A DNA stretch of 62,544 bases, counting the filler, from Candidatus Zapsychrus exili (GTDB taxonomy: Bacteria; Omnitrophota; Gorgyraeia; Zapsychrales; Zapsychraceae): assembly GCA_030765585.1 (NCBI GenBank). It is 5 parts of 5 records of this genome, joined end to end, with 100 filler letters (N's around TTAATTAATTAA, not from the genome) between each part and the next. Parts side by side here need not be neighbours in the genome. Positions count along the whole stretch, not along the records: positions 1 to 28,441 come from JAVCCJ010000021.1; 4 more parts are not named here. One strand, written 5' to 3'. The notes under the pieces were generated by a model. The model saw nothing but the letters and a program-made list of their open reading frames with translations. It ran no database searches and was not told where the DNA came from. Position 1 is the first letter of the stretch, and every line of letters begins with the position of its first letter. The position numbers were made by a program, and so were the translations under genes. Positions 8,962 through 18,679 of the stretch are shown here, piece after piece.

Positions 8962-9324
8962 ATCGTTAAAGTAGATTTAACTTCAAGAAATACAGCCAAA
9001 TTAATCGCTAAGTTTGCATCTGACAAAAAATCTGAGGATATTATCATCTTAGATATGCGTGATATTGTAAACTTTTGCGATTATTTTGTAATCTGTTCAG
9101 GTAATACTGAAAGACAAGTTCATGCGATTGCTAACGGTATTGATGAAGGATTAAGTGTTGCTGGGACTCATCTTAAACGCAATCAAAAACTAAAGAAGTC
9201 AGATTGGATAGTTTTTGATATGGGAGATGTGGTTACCCATATTTTTCAGAAGGATTTGAGGGAATTCTACAAATTAGAGTATTTGTGGCAAGAAGCTAAA
9301 AAGGTAAAGTGGGAAAGTACATAG
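8962..9324 (+). CDS. rsfS: Ribosome silencing factor RsfS (Iojap); N-terminus extends upstream of the called ATG at 9055
   Basis: DKKSEDIIILDMR...DYFVICSG...WIVFDMGDVVTHIF...REFYKLEYLW. The ATC start at 8962 is inferred. Confidence 0.9.
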   Translation: MVKVDLTSRNTAKLIAKFASDKKSEDIIILDMRDIVNFCDYFVICSGNTERQVHAIANGIDEGLSVAGTHLKRNQKLKKSDWIVFDMGDVVTHIFQKDLREFYKLEYLWQEAKKVKWEST

Positions 9325-9350
9325 AGATATTGTAAGAAGAAGAATTATAG

Positions 9351-11015
9351 ATGTTAAATGATTTAAAAACACAAATACAAGTATGTTTAGAACAAGCCTT
9401 TAAACAGGCATATCCTTGCCTAGATTCATTACCAGAAATTCAAATAGAAACACCTGCTGATAAAGCGCACGGAGAGTTTTCGTGCAATGTAGCGCTTAAG
9501 TCTGCAAAGCTGCTTAAGAAATCTCCTCTAGAGATAGCCCAAACTATAATTGAAGTTTTAGATAAGTCGAACTCTCTTAAAGACAAAATATCAAAAACAG
9601 AAATAAAAGCACCTGGATTCATAAATTTCTTTATAGCAAAGACAAGCTTATATGAAATTCTTTATGACATTTCTGAAAAAGGTGATAATTATGGAAAATC
9701 TGATTTTGGCAAGTCTCAAACAGTACAGATAGAATTTGTTAGTGCTAATCCTACTGGGCCTTTAAGTGTTGCTCATGCAAGACAGGCAGTTGTCGGAGAT
9801 GTTCTTGCTAGCATATTGAACTTTACAGGGCATAAGGCGAGTAAAGAATATTATATAAACGATGGCGGAAATCAAATAAATATATTAGGTAATTCTGTAA
9901 GAGCACGGGCCCTTGAGATACTTGGTGGTGAAATTGATTTTCCTGAAGACGGATATCAGGGCGAGTATATAAAGGATATGGCTCAGCTTTATATCGACAA
10001 TAATAAGATAAAAGATACAAAGGGTTTAGACTCAACAAAAGATGCAGATATTTCTAAGTGGGCATCTGAATATCTTCTAGATGTTATAAAAAAAGATCTC
10101 AATGATTTTAGAGTTGAATTTGATTGCTGGTCGTATGAGTCTAAGATAGCAACGAAGGATAAAATAAAAGATATTTTAAAAGAGCTTAAAGGCAAAGACT
10201 TAATTTATGAAAAAGATGGAGCTCTTTGGTTTAAGTCAACGAATTTTGGTGATGACAAAGATAGGGTTGTGCAAAAGTCTGATAGTAGCTTTACTTATTT
10301 GGCCCCAGACATTGTTTATCACAAAGATAAATTTGATAGAGGCTTTAGTCGTCTTATAAATATTTGGGGGCCTGATCATCATGGATACATCCCAAGGATT
10401 AAAGCAGCAGCACAGGCTTTAGGCAAGGATAAAGAGGCGCTAGAGGTTTTAATAGTGCAGCTGGCAACAATATATAAAGATGGAAAAGTGCTCTCTATGT
10501 CTACAAGGCGTGGTCAGTACATTAGCTTACGTGAAGTTATTGATGAGGTTGGTATTGACGCTGCTAGATTTTTCTTTCTTATGCGTCATATCAAGGTTCA
10601 TTTAGATTTTGATTTAGAGTTAGCAAAAAGGCAAACGCCAGAAAATCCGGTGTATTATATTCAGTATGCATATGCAAGGATCAATAGCATAAGCAAAAAG
10701 GCAAAAGAAGTAGGATTAAAAGAACGAAAGTCTAAATTATCAAAATTAGCAGAGAAAGAAGAGTTAGACCTAATAAAAAAACTTGGAGAATTTGAAAATT
10801 CTCTTAAATTTTGTTGTGAGCAATTGCATCCATATCCGCTATTAAGTTATTTGCAAGAGCTTGCAAATGTATTTCATAGCTTTTATGATAAGCATCGTGT
10901 TGTAGATACGGATGTAGATTTATCCTCTGAAAGGTTAACTTTAATAAATGCTGCTAAAGTTGTTTTAGCTAATGGCCTTCGTCTTTTAGGAGTAACTATT
11001 CCCGAAAGAATGTAA
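9351..11015 (+). CDS. argS: Arginine--tRNA ligase
   Basis: EFVSANPTGP HIGH-like region, GPDHHGY, MSTRRG and YIQYAYARI; ends PERM. Confidence 0.97.
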   Translation: MLNDLKTQIQVCLEQAFKQAYPCLDSLPEIQIETPADKAHGEFSCNVALKSAKLLKKSPLEIAQTIIEVLDKSNSLKDKISKTEIKAPGFINFFIAKTSLYEILYDISEKGDNYGKSDFGKSQTVQIEFVSANPTGPLSVAHARQAVVGDVLASILNFTGHKASKEYYINDGGNQINILGNSVRARALEILGGEIDFPEDGYQGEYIKDMAQLYIDNNKIKDTKGLDSTKDADISKWASEYLLDVIKKDLNDFRVEFDCWSYESKIATKDKIKDILKELKGKDLIYEKDGALWFKSTNFGDDKDRVVQKSDSSFTYLAPDIVYHKDKFDRGFSRLINIWGPDHHGYIPRIKAAAQALGKDKEALEVLIVQLATIYKDGKVLSMSTRRGQYISLREVIDEVGIDAARFFFLMRHIKVHLDFDLELAKRQTPENPVYYIQYAYARINSISKKAKEVGLKERKSKLSKLAEKEELDLIKKLGEFENSLKFCCEQLHPYPLLSYLQELANVFHSFYDKHRVVDTDVDLSSERLTLINAAKVVLANGLRLLGVTIPERM

Positions 11016-11068
11016 ATGAATTCCTAGCTTACAGAGTGAAAGAGAATGTAAGTTGGATGAGAGAATTT

Positions 11069-11099
11069 ATCCCGACTTTGCGAAAGTAAATGTCGGGAT
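11069..11099. repeat. ATCCCGAC...GTCGGGAT palindrome
   Basis: 8-bp arms; the same arms are nested twice at 48187-48237. Confidence 0.7.
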
Positions 11100-11123
11100 T
11101 ATTAATATACAAAGGTTTATATT

Positions 11124-12812
11124 ATGCAAAAAAAATGGAAAATAAAAAAAGACGATACTGCTCTGCAGTCTAAACTAAGCGAAGAGCTAGGCATATCTTT
11201 AGTAGTGGCTAAACTTCTTGTTAATCGTGGAATTGTGTCCACTTGTGATGCTAAACATTTTTTGTATGGAGGAATTTACGATCTCCATGACCCATATCTT
11301 ATGAAAGACATGGGTTTGGCTGTTGATAGAATAAAAAAGGCTAAAAAAGACAAGGAAAGAGTTTTGGTTCATGGAGACTATGATGTTGACGGTGTCACGT
11401 CATCAGCTCTTCTTATAAATCTTTTGGATAGTATGGGCATTGATGTCGTAAATTATATACCACACAGAGTTGATGATGGATATGGACTTAATCAGAATAT
11501 AGGAGAGTTGGCTAAAAAACAGGGAGCAAAACTTGTTATAGCAGTTGATTGTGGCGTTACGTCACTTAACGAAATCGATGTATTAAACAGTCTTGGAATA
11601 GATACAATAATTATAGATCATCATGAGCCGGCAGAAACGTTACCAAAAGCAATAGCTGTTGTTGATCCTAAAAGAAAAGATTGTGAGTACCCATTTAAGC
11701 ATTTGGCTTCTGTAGGGTTAGTTGCGAAGTTAATACAGGCGATAAATGGAAAGGTTTCAGAGGAAGTTTTAAATTTAACCGCACTTGGTACTGTTTCAGA
11801 TGTTGTTCCGTTGCGTGGAGAAAATCGTATTTTCGTAAAAGAAGGATTGGCCAATATTCATAATACAAAAAATAAGGGTCTTCAAGCATTATTTGATGTC
11901 GCTAAGATTCAAGGGAAAAAGATAGGACCTTTTCATATAGGATTTGTTTTGGGACCAAGATTAAACGCTGCAGGCAGAATGGATTCTGCGCAAAAGTCAT
12001 TAGATCTTTTTTTAAGCGAAGATTTTGATTCTGCATATAATTTAGCAAAAGTTTTAGATAGTCATAACTCAAGGAGGCAGAAGATACAGAGAGAGGTTAT
12101 TTCAGAGGCTATTGATTTCGTTGACACAGAAGTTAATTTTAACGAGCAAAAAGTTATAGTTTTGAGTAAAGAAGGGTGGCATAAGGGCATATTAGGTATT
12201 GCGGCATCTAGAATAGTTGATAAATATTGTAGGCCTGCAATTGTTATATCGGTTGAAGACGGAATAGGAACTGCATCGGCTCGTTCAATTGATGGATTTA
12301 ATTTGCATGAAATGTTAAGCGCTTGTTCTGAATGCTTAGAAGGTTTCGGAGGACATAAGGGCGCTGCAGGCTTGACTATAAAAGAAGAAAAAATAAATTC
12401 TTTCAGAGAAATGATTAATAGCGTAGCGGAAGATAAATTAGTTGAGAATAGATTGGTTCCGACCGTTTCTATTGATTGTAAGCTTTCTTTATCTGATATA
12501 AATATGGAATTGGCTGACACAATAAACTTGATGGAACCTTTCGGCGAAAAGAATCCAGTTCCTGTTTTTTGTTCTAAAAATTTAAAGGTTAAAGGTAATC
12601 CTCTTGCTTTAGGAAGAGATACTTTAAAATTCTGGGTTACTGATGGAAAGAATTCAATTTCTGCTGTTGGTTTTTCAATGGCAAAGCAGAGAGATGCAGT
12701 CGCATCTTGTAGTAAGCTTGATCTTGCCTATGAGATATCTATTGATGATTGGAACAAAGCTCCAACCCCACAGCTTAAAATAAAAGATATAAAAATCGTA
12801 GAAAACGCTTGA
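11124..12812 (+). CDS. recJ: Single-stranded-DNA exonuclease RecJ
   Basis: GDYDVDG, DCG, DHH, PRLNAAGRM, SARS, GGHKGAAG and EPFGEKNP. Confidence 0.97.
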   Translation: MQKKWKIKKDDTALQSKLSEELGISLVVAKLLVNRGIVSTCDAKHFLYGGIYDLHDPYLMKDMGLAVDRIKKAKKDKERVLVHGDYDVDGVTSSALLINLLDSMGIDVVNYIPHRVDDGYGLNQNIGELAKKQGAKLVIAVDCGVTSLNEIDVLNSLGIDTIIIDHHEPAETLPKAIAVVDPKRKDCEYPFKHLASVGLVAKLIQAINGKVSEEVLNLTALGTVSDVVPLRGENRIFVKEGLANIHNTKNKGLQALFDVAKIQGKKIGPFHIGFVLGPRLNAAGRMDSAQKSLDLFLSEDFDSAYNLAKVLDSHNSRRQKIQREVISEAIDFVDTEVNFNEQKVIVLSKEGWHKGILGIAASRIVDKYCRPAIVISVEDGIGTASARSIDGFNLHEMLSACSECLEGFGGHKGAAGLTIKEEKINSFREMINSVAEDKLVENRLVPTVSIDCKLSLSDINMELADTINLMEPFGEKNPVPVFCSKNLKVKGNPLALGRDTLKFWVTDGKNSISAVGFSMAKQRDAVASCSKLDLAYEISIDDWNKAPTPQLKIKDIKIVENA

Positions 12813-12830
12813 TAGGATTTTGTTAGTTAA

Positions 12831-12866
12831 AAAAAGACCACATAGATTAATCTATGTGGTCTTTTT
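12831..12866. terminator. Bidirectional terminator between convergent recJ and rpmB
   Basis: Perfect palindrome AAAAAGACCACATAGATTAATCTATGTGGTCTTTTT. Confidence 0.85.
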
Positions 12867-12880
12867 AATAAATTTAATGT

Positions 12881-13108
12881 TTATGCTTTTGTGACTTTTC
12901 CTGCTTGAATACAGCTAGTGCAAACGTCAATTCTTTTAATAGTTCCAGCTATATTTGTTTTAACCCTTTGAAGGTTAGGTAGGAATCTACGCAAAGTCTT
13001 GCCGACTATTTTAGAACCAGCACCGCCTTTTCTTTTGATCATGCCACGTCTTTTATATTTGACACCAGGAATAGCGCCTTTTTTGCATATTTCACATATC
13101 TTTGCCAT
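12881..13108 (-). CDS. rpmB: 50S ribosomal protein L28 (zinc-binding, PVC-type insertion)
   Basis: MAKICEIC...RRFLPNLQ...VCTSCI; RRGMIKRKGGAG insertion. Confidence 0.95.
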   Translation of the reverse strand: MAKICEICKKGAIPGVKYKRRGMIKRKGGAGSKIVGKTLRRFLPNLQRVKTNIAGTIKRIDVCTSCIQAGKVTKA

Positions 13109-13168
13109 CTTCTTAGTCCTTATTTCAACCCCAATTAGGGAATTGTTAGTTATATGTATCGAGTTAGA

Positions 13169-13196
13169 AGTATACTTAAAAACTATGATTTGTCAA
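13169..13196 (-). promoter_or_regulatory. Sigma70-type promoter of rpmB
   Basis: Minus strand TTGACA, 16-nt spacer, TATACT. Confidence 0.6.
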
Positions 13197-13504
13197 GCCA
13201 ATAATTGGGCCATTTTATTTTTGTTTGAATAAAATGGCCCTGATTCCAAAGATTTAAAAAAACGATTACACTGATTTCTTATTCTTTTGATCTGTGCAAT
13301 TCTTAGTTTAATCCGCGTAATCATGCATCGGAATAATAAATTTAAAATTCCGACGTACTAAATTAATTTATTTTTTTAGTTTAGTGATTTTTAATTATGA
13401 TATAATAATTCATTGAAAGTAAATAAAAGATAATAGAAGCGGCGTCAGACATCTGCAGTTTTCTTCTGGGTGCCTGGAATCACAAATTCGTAAGGTAAAT
13501 ACAA

Positions 13505-14076
13505 ATGAAAAGTTTATTATTTTATTGGGAATATTCTTATTAGCAGCATCTTTGAGCTATGCAGCCAGTGGAAACATAGCAACAGAAGAGCAGATAACAA
13601 ATCTTAAGAGGGATCTTTTGGGCGGATTGGTTCAAACTGGAAAAACTAGGATTAATGAAATAAAGCAGGCCTATGGAGAAGCTGCTACAATCGATGATTC
13701 TAGCAAAAAAGTTGTTTATGATTATGGCGGACTTAAAGTAACATTTGAAAAGAAGAGATATCTTAGAGATTGGGAGTATGATTATTCTCATAAAACAGCA
13801 TATACTGATGATGTAGATAGTTTGCGTTCTGATCTTGAGAGCCAAGAGATAGTTGGAGATTTTATAACCTTGGTTGAAATTAAAAAAGATTATGATGAGC
13901 CAACAGAGGCTTACGAAACATATGAGGACGGCGGAACATCGATTTATTATTATGGCGAAATAAAACTTATATTTGAAAACTACATTGTTATTCAAAAATG
14001 GAAAGGCCAAGGCCTAGACGAGATTGAAGATTCAAAAGTTTTTCAAACAGAATCTACAGAACTTAAAGAAGAGTAA
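13505..14076 (+). CDS. Secreted hypothetical protein with a duplicated domain; frameshift right after the start codon
   Basis: ATG at 13505 joins the 13525 frame if the A4 run gains one base, giving the signal peptide MKKFIILLGIFLLAASLSYA. Two L..DL...EIK..Y.E...Y.YG..K..FE repeats. Confidence 0.7.
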
Positions 14077-14164
14077 TACGCGTTACCCCCGCAATTTTTT
14101 AATTCTTAACAATATATCTGAGATTGGGAATATGTGCCTTTGGCGCGTGTTCCTTAGTTAATCA

Positions 14165-14719
14165 ATGAAAGCAAAGATAAATAAAAAAGCTAAAAAGATT
14201 GTACTAAAAGAAGGTAAGTTTATAAGATTTCTCAAGAAGGGCGAATGGGAGTATGTCGAGAGAAACAATTGTACCGATATTGTAATCATTCTTTCTATGA
14301 CAAAAGACAAAAGGGTTGTTTTTGTCGAGCAATATCGACCTCCAGTAGGCAAGAATGTAATTGAATTTCCTGCAGGATTAGTTAATGACAGGAATTTAAA
14401 GAAAAAAGAATCTTTATTCTCTGCGGCAAAGCGCGAACTTTTAGAGGAAACAGGGTATAAGGCAAAAAGGATTACAAAGGTCATAAGTGGTCCAGCTTCA
14501 AGTGGTTCTAGTTCAGATATTTTAAGTGTTGTGATGGCACATGATATTGAGAAAATAGATGATGGCGGAGGAGATGAGCTCGAGTCAATTGTGGTGCACA
14601 CAGTACCAATTAAAGAAGTTGATAGATGGCTTAAAAGCCAAGAAAGAAAAGGGAAATTAGTTGGCCCAAGAATTTATGCTGGACTTTATTTTTTTAAAAA
14701 ATATAATAGGTTATCTTAA
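14165..14719 (+). CDS. NUDIX hydrolase (ADP-ribose pyrophosphatase-like)
   Basis: QYRPP, EFPAGL and the Nudix box AAKRELLEETGY. Confidence 0.92.
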   Translation: MKAKINKKAKKIVLKEGKFIRFLKKGEWEYVERNNCTDIVIILSMTKDKRVVFVEQYRPPVGKNVIEFPAGLVNDRNLKKKESLFSAAKRELLEETGYKAKRITKVISGPASSGSSSDILSVVMAHDIEKIDDGGGDELESIVVHTVPIKEVDRWLKSQERKGKLVGPRIYAGLYFFKKYNRLS

Positions 14720-14753
14720 ACGTAGTTAATATTAAAATTAGAAGGAGAGCGAA

Positions 14754-15761
14754 ATGGTATCGTACAAAGAATTAGGATTGTCTAACACAAAAGAAATGTT
14801 TAAAAAAGCTGTTGATGGCAAGTTCGCTGTTCCAGCTTACAACTTCAACAATATGGAGCAAATACAAGCTATTATCGTGGCTTGTGTTGAGACACAATCT
14901 CCAGTTATTTTGCAAGTTTCATCTGGGGCTAGAAAATATGCGAATCAGACTTTATTGACGTATATGGGTCAGGGCGCAGTTGAAATGATGAAAAATATAG
15001 CAAAAGAAAAAGGTCTTAAAGAAATTCCGATTGCACTTCATTTAGATCACGGAGATACATTTGAATTGTGTAAGTCGTGTATAGAGTCTGGTTTTTCATC
15101 TGTTATGATAGATGGTTCACATCATTCTTTTGAGGATAATATTGAACTCACTAAAAAGGTTGTTGAATATGCACATCAATATGATGTCACAGTTGAAGGT
15201 GAACTAGGAGTTTTAGCAGGAATAGAAGATGATGTTGTAGCTGAGAAATCAACATACACAAAGCCAGAAGAAGTTATTGAGTTTGTCCAGAAGACAGGAG
15301 TCGATTCTCTAGCTATATCTATAGGAACTTCTCATGGAGCAAATAAATTTAAACCAGAGCAATGTACTAAAAATGAAGATGGTGTTTATATTCCGCCAGC
15401 ACTTCGTTTTGATATTTTGCAAGAAATAGAAGAAAAGATTCCAGGATTTCCTATTGTTCTTCACGGATCTTCTTCTGTTCCTATGGAGGCTGTTAAAATA
15501 ATTAATGAAAACGGCGGTGCGCTTAAAGATTCTGTTGGAATACCTGAGTCGCAAATTAGAAAAGCAACTGAGTCAGCAGTATGTAAGGTAAACATTGACT
15601 CTGATGGTCGTCTTTGGATGACAGCAGCTATCAGAAAACATTTTGCTGATAGCCCAGCTGATTTTGATCCTAGAAAATATTTAGGACCTGCAAGAGAAGC
15701 GCTCATTATAATGTATAAGAGCAAAAATGAAAACGTTCTTGGTTCAGCAGGAAAAGTATAG
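14754..15761 (+). CDS. fba: Class II fructose-bisphosphate aldolase
   Basis: LHLDHG, SSVMIDGSH, VEGELG, GTSHG, VLHGSS and FDPRKYLGPAR. Confidence 0.97.
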   Translation: MVSYKELGLSNTKEMFKKAVDGKFAVPAYNFNNMEQIQAIIVACVETQSPVILQVSSGARKYANQTLLTYMGQGAVEMMKNIAKEKGLKEIPIALHLDHGDTFELCKSCIESGFSSVMIDGSHHSFEDNIELTKKVVEYAHQYDVTVEGELGVLAGIEDDVVAEKSTYTKPEEVIEFVQKTGVDSLAISIGTSHGANKFKPEQCTKNEDGVYIPPALRFDILQEIEEKIPGFPIVLHGSSSVPMEAVKIINENGGALKDSVGIPESQIRKATESAVCKVNIDSDGRLWMTAAIRKHFADSPADFDPRKYLGPAREALIIMYKSKNENVLGSAGKV

Positions 15762-15775
15762 GTAATATGTTAAGG

Positions 15776-15811
15776 ATAATGTGGTAAAGGCTTCTGTCTT
15801 TACCACATTAT
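15776..15811 (+). terminator. Stem-loop after fba
   Basis: ATAATGTGGTAAAGGC-TTCT-GTCTTTACCACATTAT. Confidence 0.65.
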
Positions 15812-15849
15812 GTTATTGCTTAAAGTTAGACCAAAGAGAAGAAGGTAAA

Positions 15850-16605
15850 ATGAAGCATACCATCACATCTACAATAGCCCTCGTTTTAATAAGCACTCAC
15901 ATATCTTTTGCTGCTCCATTTATTGATAATCCAAAGCAGTTTAAGGTAAATAATCCCGACGGAAATAAGTATAACTTTGTAAAGAATTATTTAAATAGCT
16001 TAAGCCATTTAAAAGAAAATGCTAAGCGCAAAAAAAGTGCAGCCTCAGTAGATTTTGCTGACTTTATAGATCCTGATAGAATTATTTTAGCGAGCGATAA
16101 TCTTGTTTTGGATAATGTGAATTTACGTGTTGCTAGAAACTTCTTGCAGAAACATAAGGAAAATGAAAATAAGCTTATTTTAAAAGTGATAGATATGTTT
16201 GTTATTTCTTGTGATGAGCAGATTGATCAAAACAATGAAGAGAGAAAAATTTTAGAAAATTTGTATAAGGCGCTTGCTAGAGAAAAGTTTGATGAATTAG
16301 AAGCAGAAGCGCTTAAAGATAAATTAAAAGACATAGAAGTAAGAAGGAAAGAATCTTACAAGACATTACTAGAAACAGCAATGTTAACTACTAAGGTCTT
16401 GGTTAGCAGCAATCCTAACAGAAGAGGTAGATTTGTTAGGTTAGGAGTTACAGAAGAAGAGCGTGATAAATTGCTCTTTAAGCTAGATAACTTCTATGAA
16501 GAGCAATATCAGGGAGAAGTAAGAGAAGGCCAGACGTTTTTAGAGGCAAGCATTTCTGTTCTTCGCGAGGCATTAGAAGACCCTACCTTAGGCGTAATCA
16601 AATAG
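15850..16605 (+). CDS. Secreted helical hypothetical protein
   Basis: Start moved to ATG 15850 (GAAGG RBS, signal peptide MKHTITSTIALVLISTHISFA). Confidence 0.7.
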   Translation: MKHTITSTIALVLISTHISFAAPFIDNPKQFKVNNPDGNKYNFVKNYLNSLSHLKENAKRKKSAASVDFADFIDPDRIILASDNLVLDNVNLRVARNFLQKHKENENKLILKVIDMFVISCDEQIDQNNEERKILENLYKALAREKFDELEAEALKDKLKDIEVRRKESYKTLLETAMLTTKVLVSSNPNRRGRFVRLGVTEEERDKLLFKLDNFYEEQYQGEVREGQTFLEASISVLREALEDPTLGVIK

Positions 16606-16620
16606 CAATATTTTTACAAA

Positions 16621-16650
16621 TTGACATAAAGGCCCTTAAAGTGCTAAAAT
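16621..16650 (+). promoter_or_regulatory. Sigma70-type promoter with extended -10
   Basis: TTGACA, 18-nt spacer ending TGc, TAAAAT. Confidence 0.55.
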
Positions 16651-16671
16651 AGAGGTACTTAAGGAGCATTT

Positions 16672-16914
16672 ATGAAAAAAGAACTTAAAGAAGAGTTACT
16701 TAGAGATACTAAGGTTCGTGAAGAAATATACAGACATCTGTGGATAGAGAGCGAAAGGCTAGGATGTGATGTCGGATTTGACACTGCCGCAGAAGATTGG
16801 CTCAAGCATTTCTCAAAAGCATGGATTGATTATTATATGCCCAAAAGAAGTTCAAAATTCAAACCAGAATCATTAATCAAGAAGATACTTTCTTCTAATC
16901 CTTCCAAAGCATAA
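16672..16914 (+). CDS. Small DUF4032-like protein
   Basis: EI.RH.W.ESE..G.DVG...A..DW pattern; AAGGAG RBS. Confidence 0.7.
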   Translation: MKKELKEELLRDTKVREEIYRHLWIESERLGCDVGFDTAAEDWLKHFSKAWIDYYMPKRSSKFKPESLIKKILSSNPSKA

Positions 16915-17037
16915 AAATTTGAATATAATAATTTATTAAATAGTATTAAACTTTCTTACCTTTACTTTTTATATATAATGTGTAGAATACTCATACTTAT
17001 ATTAAGTAAAACTTTTAATTGTTGGGAGATAGAAAAA

Positions 17038-18663
17038 ATGCGAGATAAATTAAATAAAATAGAGAATTTTAAGGGTCGTTCTGGACCGTTACTTTTTATA
17101 ATCATGGATGGGGTTGGAATAGGAAAACAAGATGCCTCAGACGGAGTTTATGAGGCTAAAACGCCATGTTTAGATGCTCTAGCCAAGCTTAAGCTTTCAA
17201 CAAAACTTCAAGCTCATGGCACGGCGGTTGGCATGCCTTCTGATGATGATATGGGAAATAGTGAAGTTGGTCATAATGTGCTTGGAGCAGGTCGTGTTTT
17301 TGACCAAGGAGCTTTGCTTGTAAATCGATCAATTGAGGACGGTTCTATTTTTGCTTCTGAAACATGGAACGATCTTGTTTCTCGCACAAAGACAGATAAG
17401 ACAATGCATTTTATGGGCCTTTTATCAGATGGCAATGTACATTCTCATATAGATCAGCTTTTTGTTCTTGTTAAAAAATCAGTGGAAGATGGTGCAAAAA
17501 AAATAAGAATACATGCACTTCTAGACGGTCGCGATGTTTATGAAAAGTCAGCGGTCGAATATATTACAAAAACAGAAGAATTTATTGAAAAATTAAATCA
17601 AGAGTTTCAGGTAGATATTAAAATTGCTTCAGGTGGTGGCAGAATGATAACCACTATGGATAGGTATAATGCTGATTGGTCGGTGGTTAAGAGTGGGTGG
17701 GATGCTCATGTTTTAGGAAAAGCCCGTTTTTTTAAATCTGCCAAAGAAGCTGTAGAAACATATTATGCGGAAGATGACAAGGCAACTGATCAATATCTTG
17801 ATTCTTTCGTTATTGAAGAAGACGGTACTCCTGTTGGAACAATAGAAGATGGGGATTCTGTTGTTTTCTTTAATTTTAGAGGAGATCGTGCAATTGAAAT
17901 ATCAAGAGCATTTGAGGAAAAAGATTTTTCTGAATTTGACAGAGAAAGAGTTCCAGATGTTTTGTATGCAGGTATAATGGAGTATGATGGTGACTTGCAT
18001 GTACCAAAACATTATTTGGTCAATCCTCCCCAAATAGAGAATTCTGTAACAGAATATATATGTGATGAAGGTATAAAGTCATTTGCTATATCAGAGACTC
18101 AGAAATATGGTCATGTCACTTATTTTTGGAATGGAAACAAATCTGGATATGTTAATGAAGCCCTTGAAACTTATATTGAAATACCTTCTGATAGAGTAAG
18201 GTTTGATCAAGCGCCTAAAATGAAGGCAAAAGAAATAACAGAGAAAACCATAGATCTTCTAAAAAGTAAGGAGTATAAATTTGGCAGACTTAATTTTGCC
18301 AATGGAGATATGGTTGGACATACTGGATCAGAAAGCTCAATAATTGAGGCTATGGAGACAGTAGATGAATGTGTATCTAAATTAATAGATGTTGTAATGG
18401 GTTTAGGAGGAATTGTTGTTGTAAGCGCTGATCATGGCAATGCTGACGAGATGTATACCGTTAAGAATGATAAAAAGGTTGTTAGCACCGCGCATTCTTT
18501 AAACAATGTTCCTTTTTCTATTATTGATTCAGGCTATAAAGAAGAGTATGAGTTAGCAGAACTTCCTCAAAAAGGACTTTCTAATATAGCATCAACGCTT
18601 TTAAATCTTCTAGGTTATCAAAAACCAGAAGATTACGATCCGTCATTAATAATGTTTAAATAA
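17038..18663 (+). CDS. gpmI: 2,3-bisphosphoglycerate-independent phosphoglycerate mutase
   Basis: MGNSEVGH, SDGNVHSH, NFRGDRA, ETQKYGHVTYF, NGDMVGHTG and ADHGNA. Start moved to ATG 17038 (GGGAG RBS). Confidence 0.97.
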   Translation: MRDKLNKIENFKGRSGPLLFIIMDGVGIGKQDASDGVYEAKTPCLDALAKLKLSTKLQAHGTAVGMPSDDDMGNSEVGHNVLGAGRVFDQGALLVNRSIEDGSIFASETWNDLVSRTKTDKTMHFMGLLSDGNVHSHIDQLFVLVKKSVEDGAKKIRIHALLDGRDVYEKSAVEYITKTEEFIEKLNQEFQVDIKIASGGGRMITTMDRYNADWSVVKSGWDAHVLGKARFFKSAKEAVETYYAEDDKATDQYLDSFVIEEDGTPVGTIEDGDSVVFFNFRGDRAIEISRAFEEKDFSEFDRERVPDVLYAGIMEYDGDLHVPKHYLVNPPQIENSVTEYICDEGIKSFAISETQKYGHVTYFWNGNKSGYVNEALETYIEIPSDRVRFDQAPKMKAKEITEKTIDLLKSKEYKFGRLNFANGDMVGHTGSESSIIEAMETVDECVSKLIDVVMGLGGIVVVSADHGNADEMYTVKNDKKVVSTAHSLNNVPFSIIDSGYKEEYELAELPQKGLSNIASTLLNLLGYQKPEDYDPSLIMFK

Positions 18664-18679
18664 ATTAAGGAGAGTTAGA

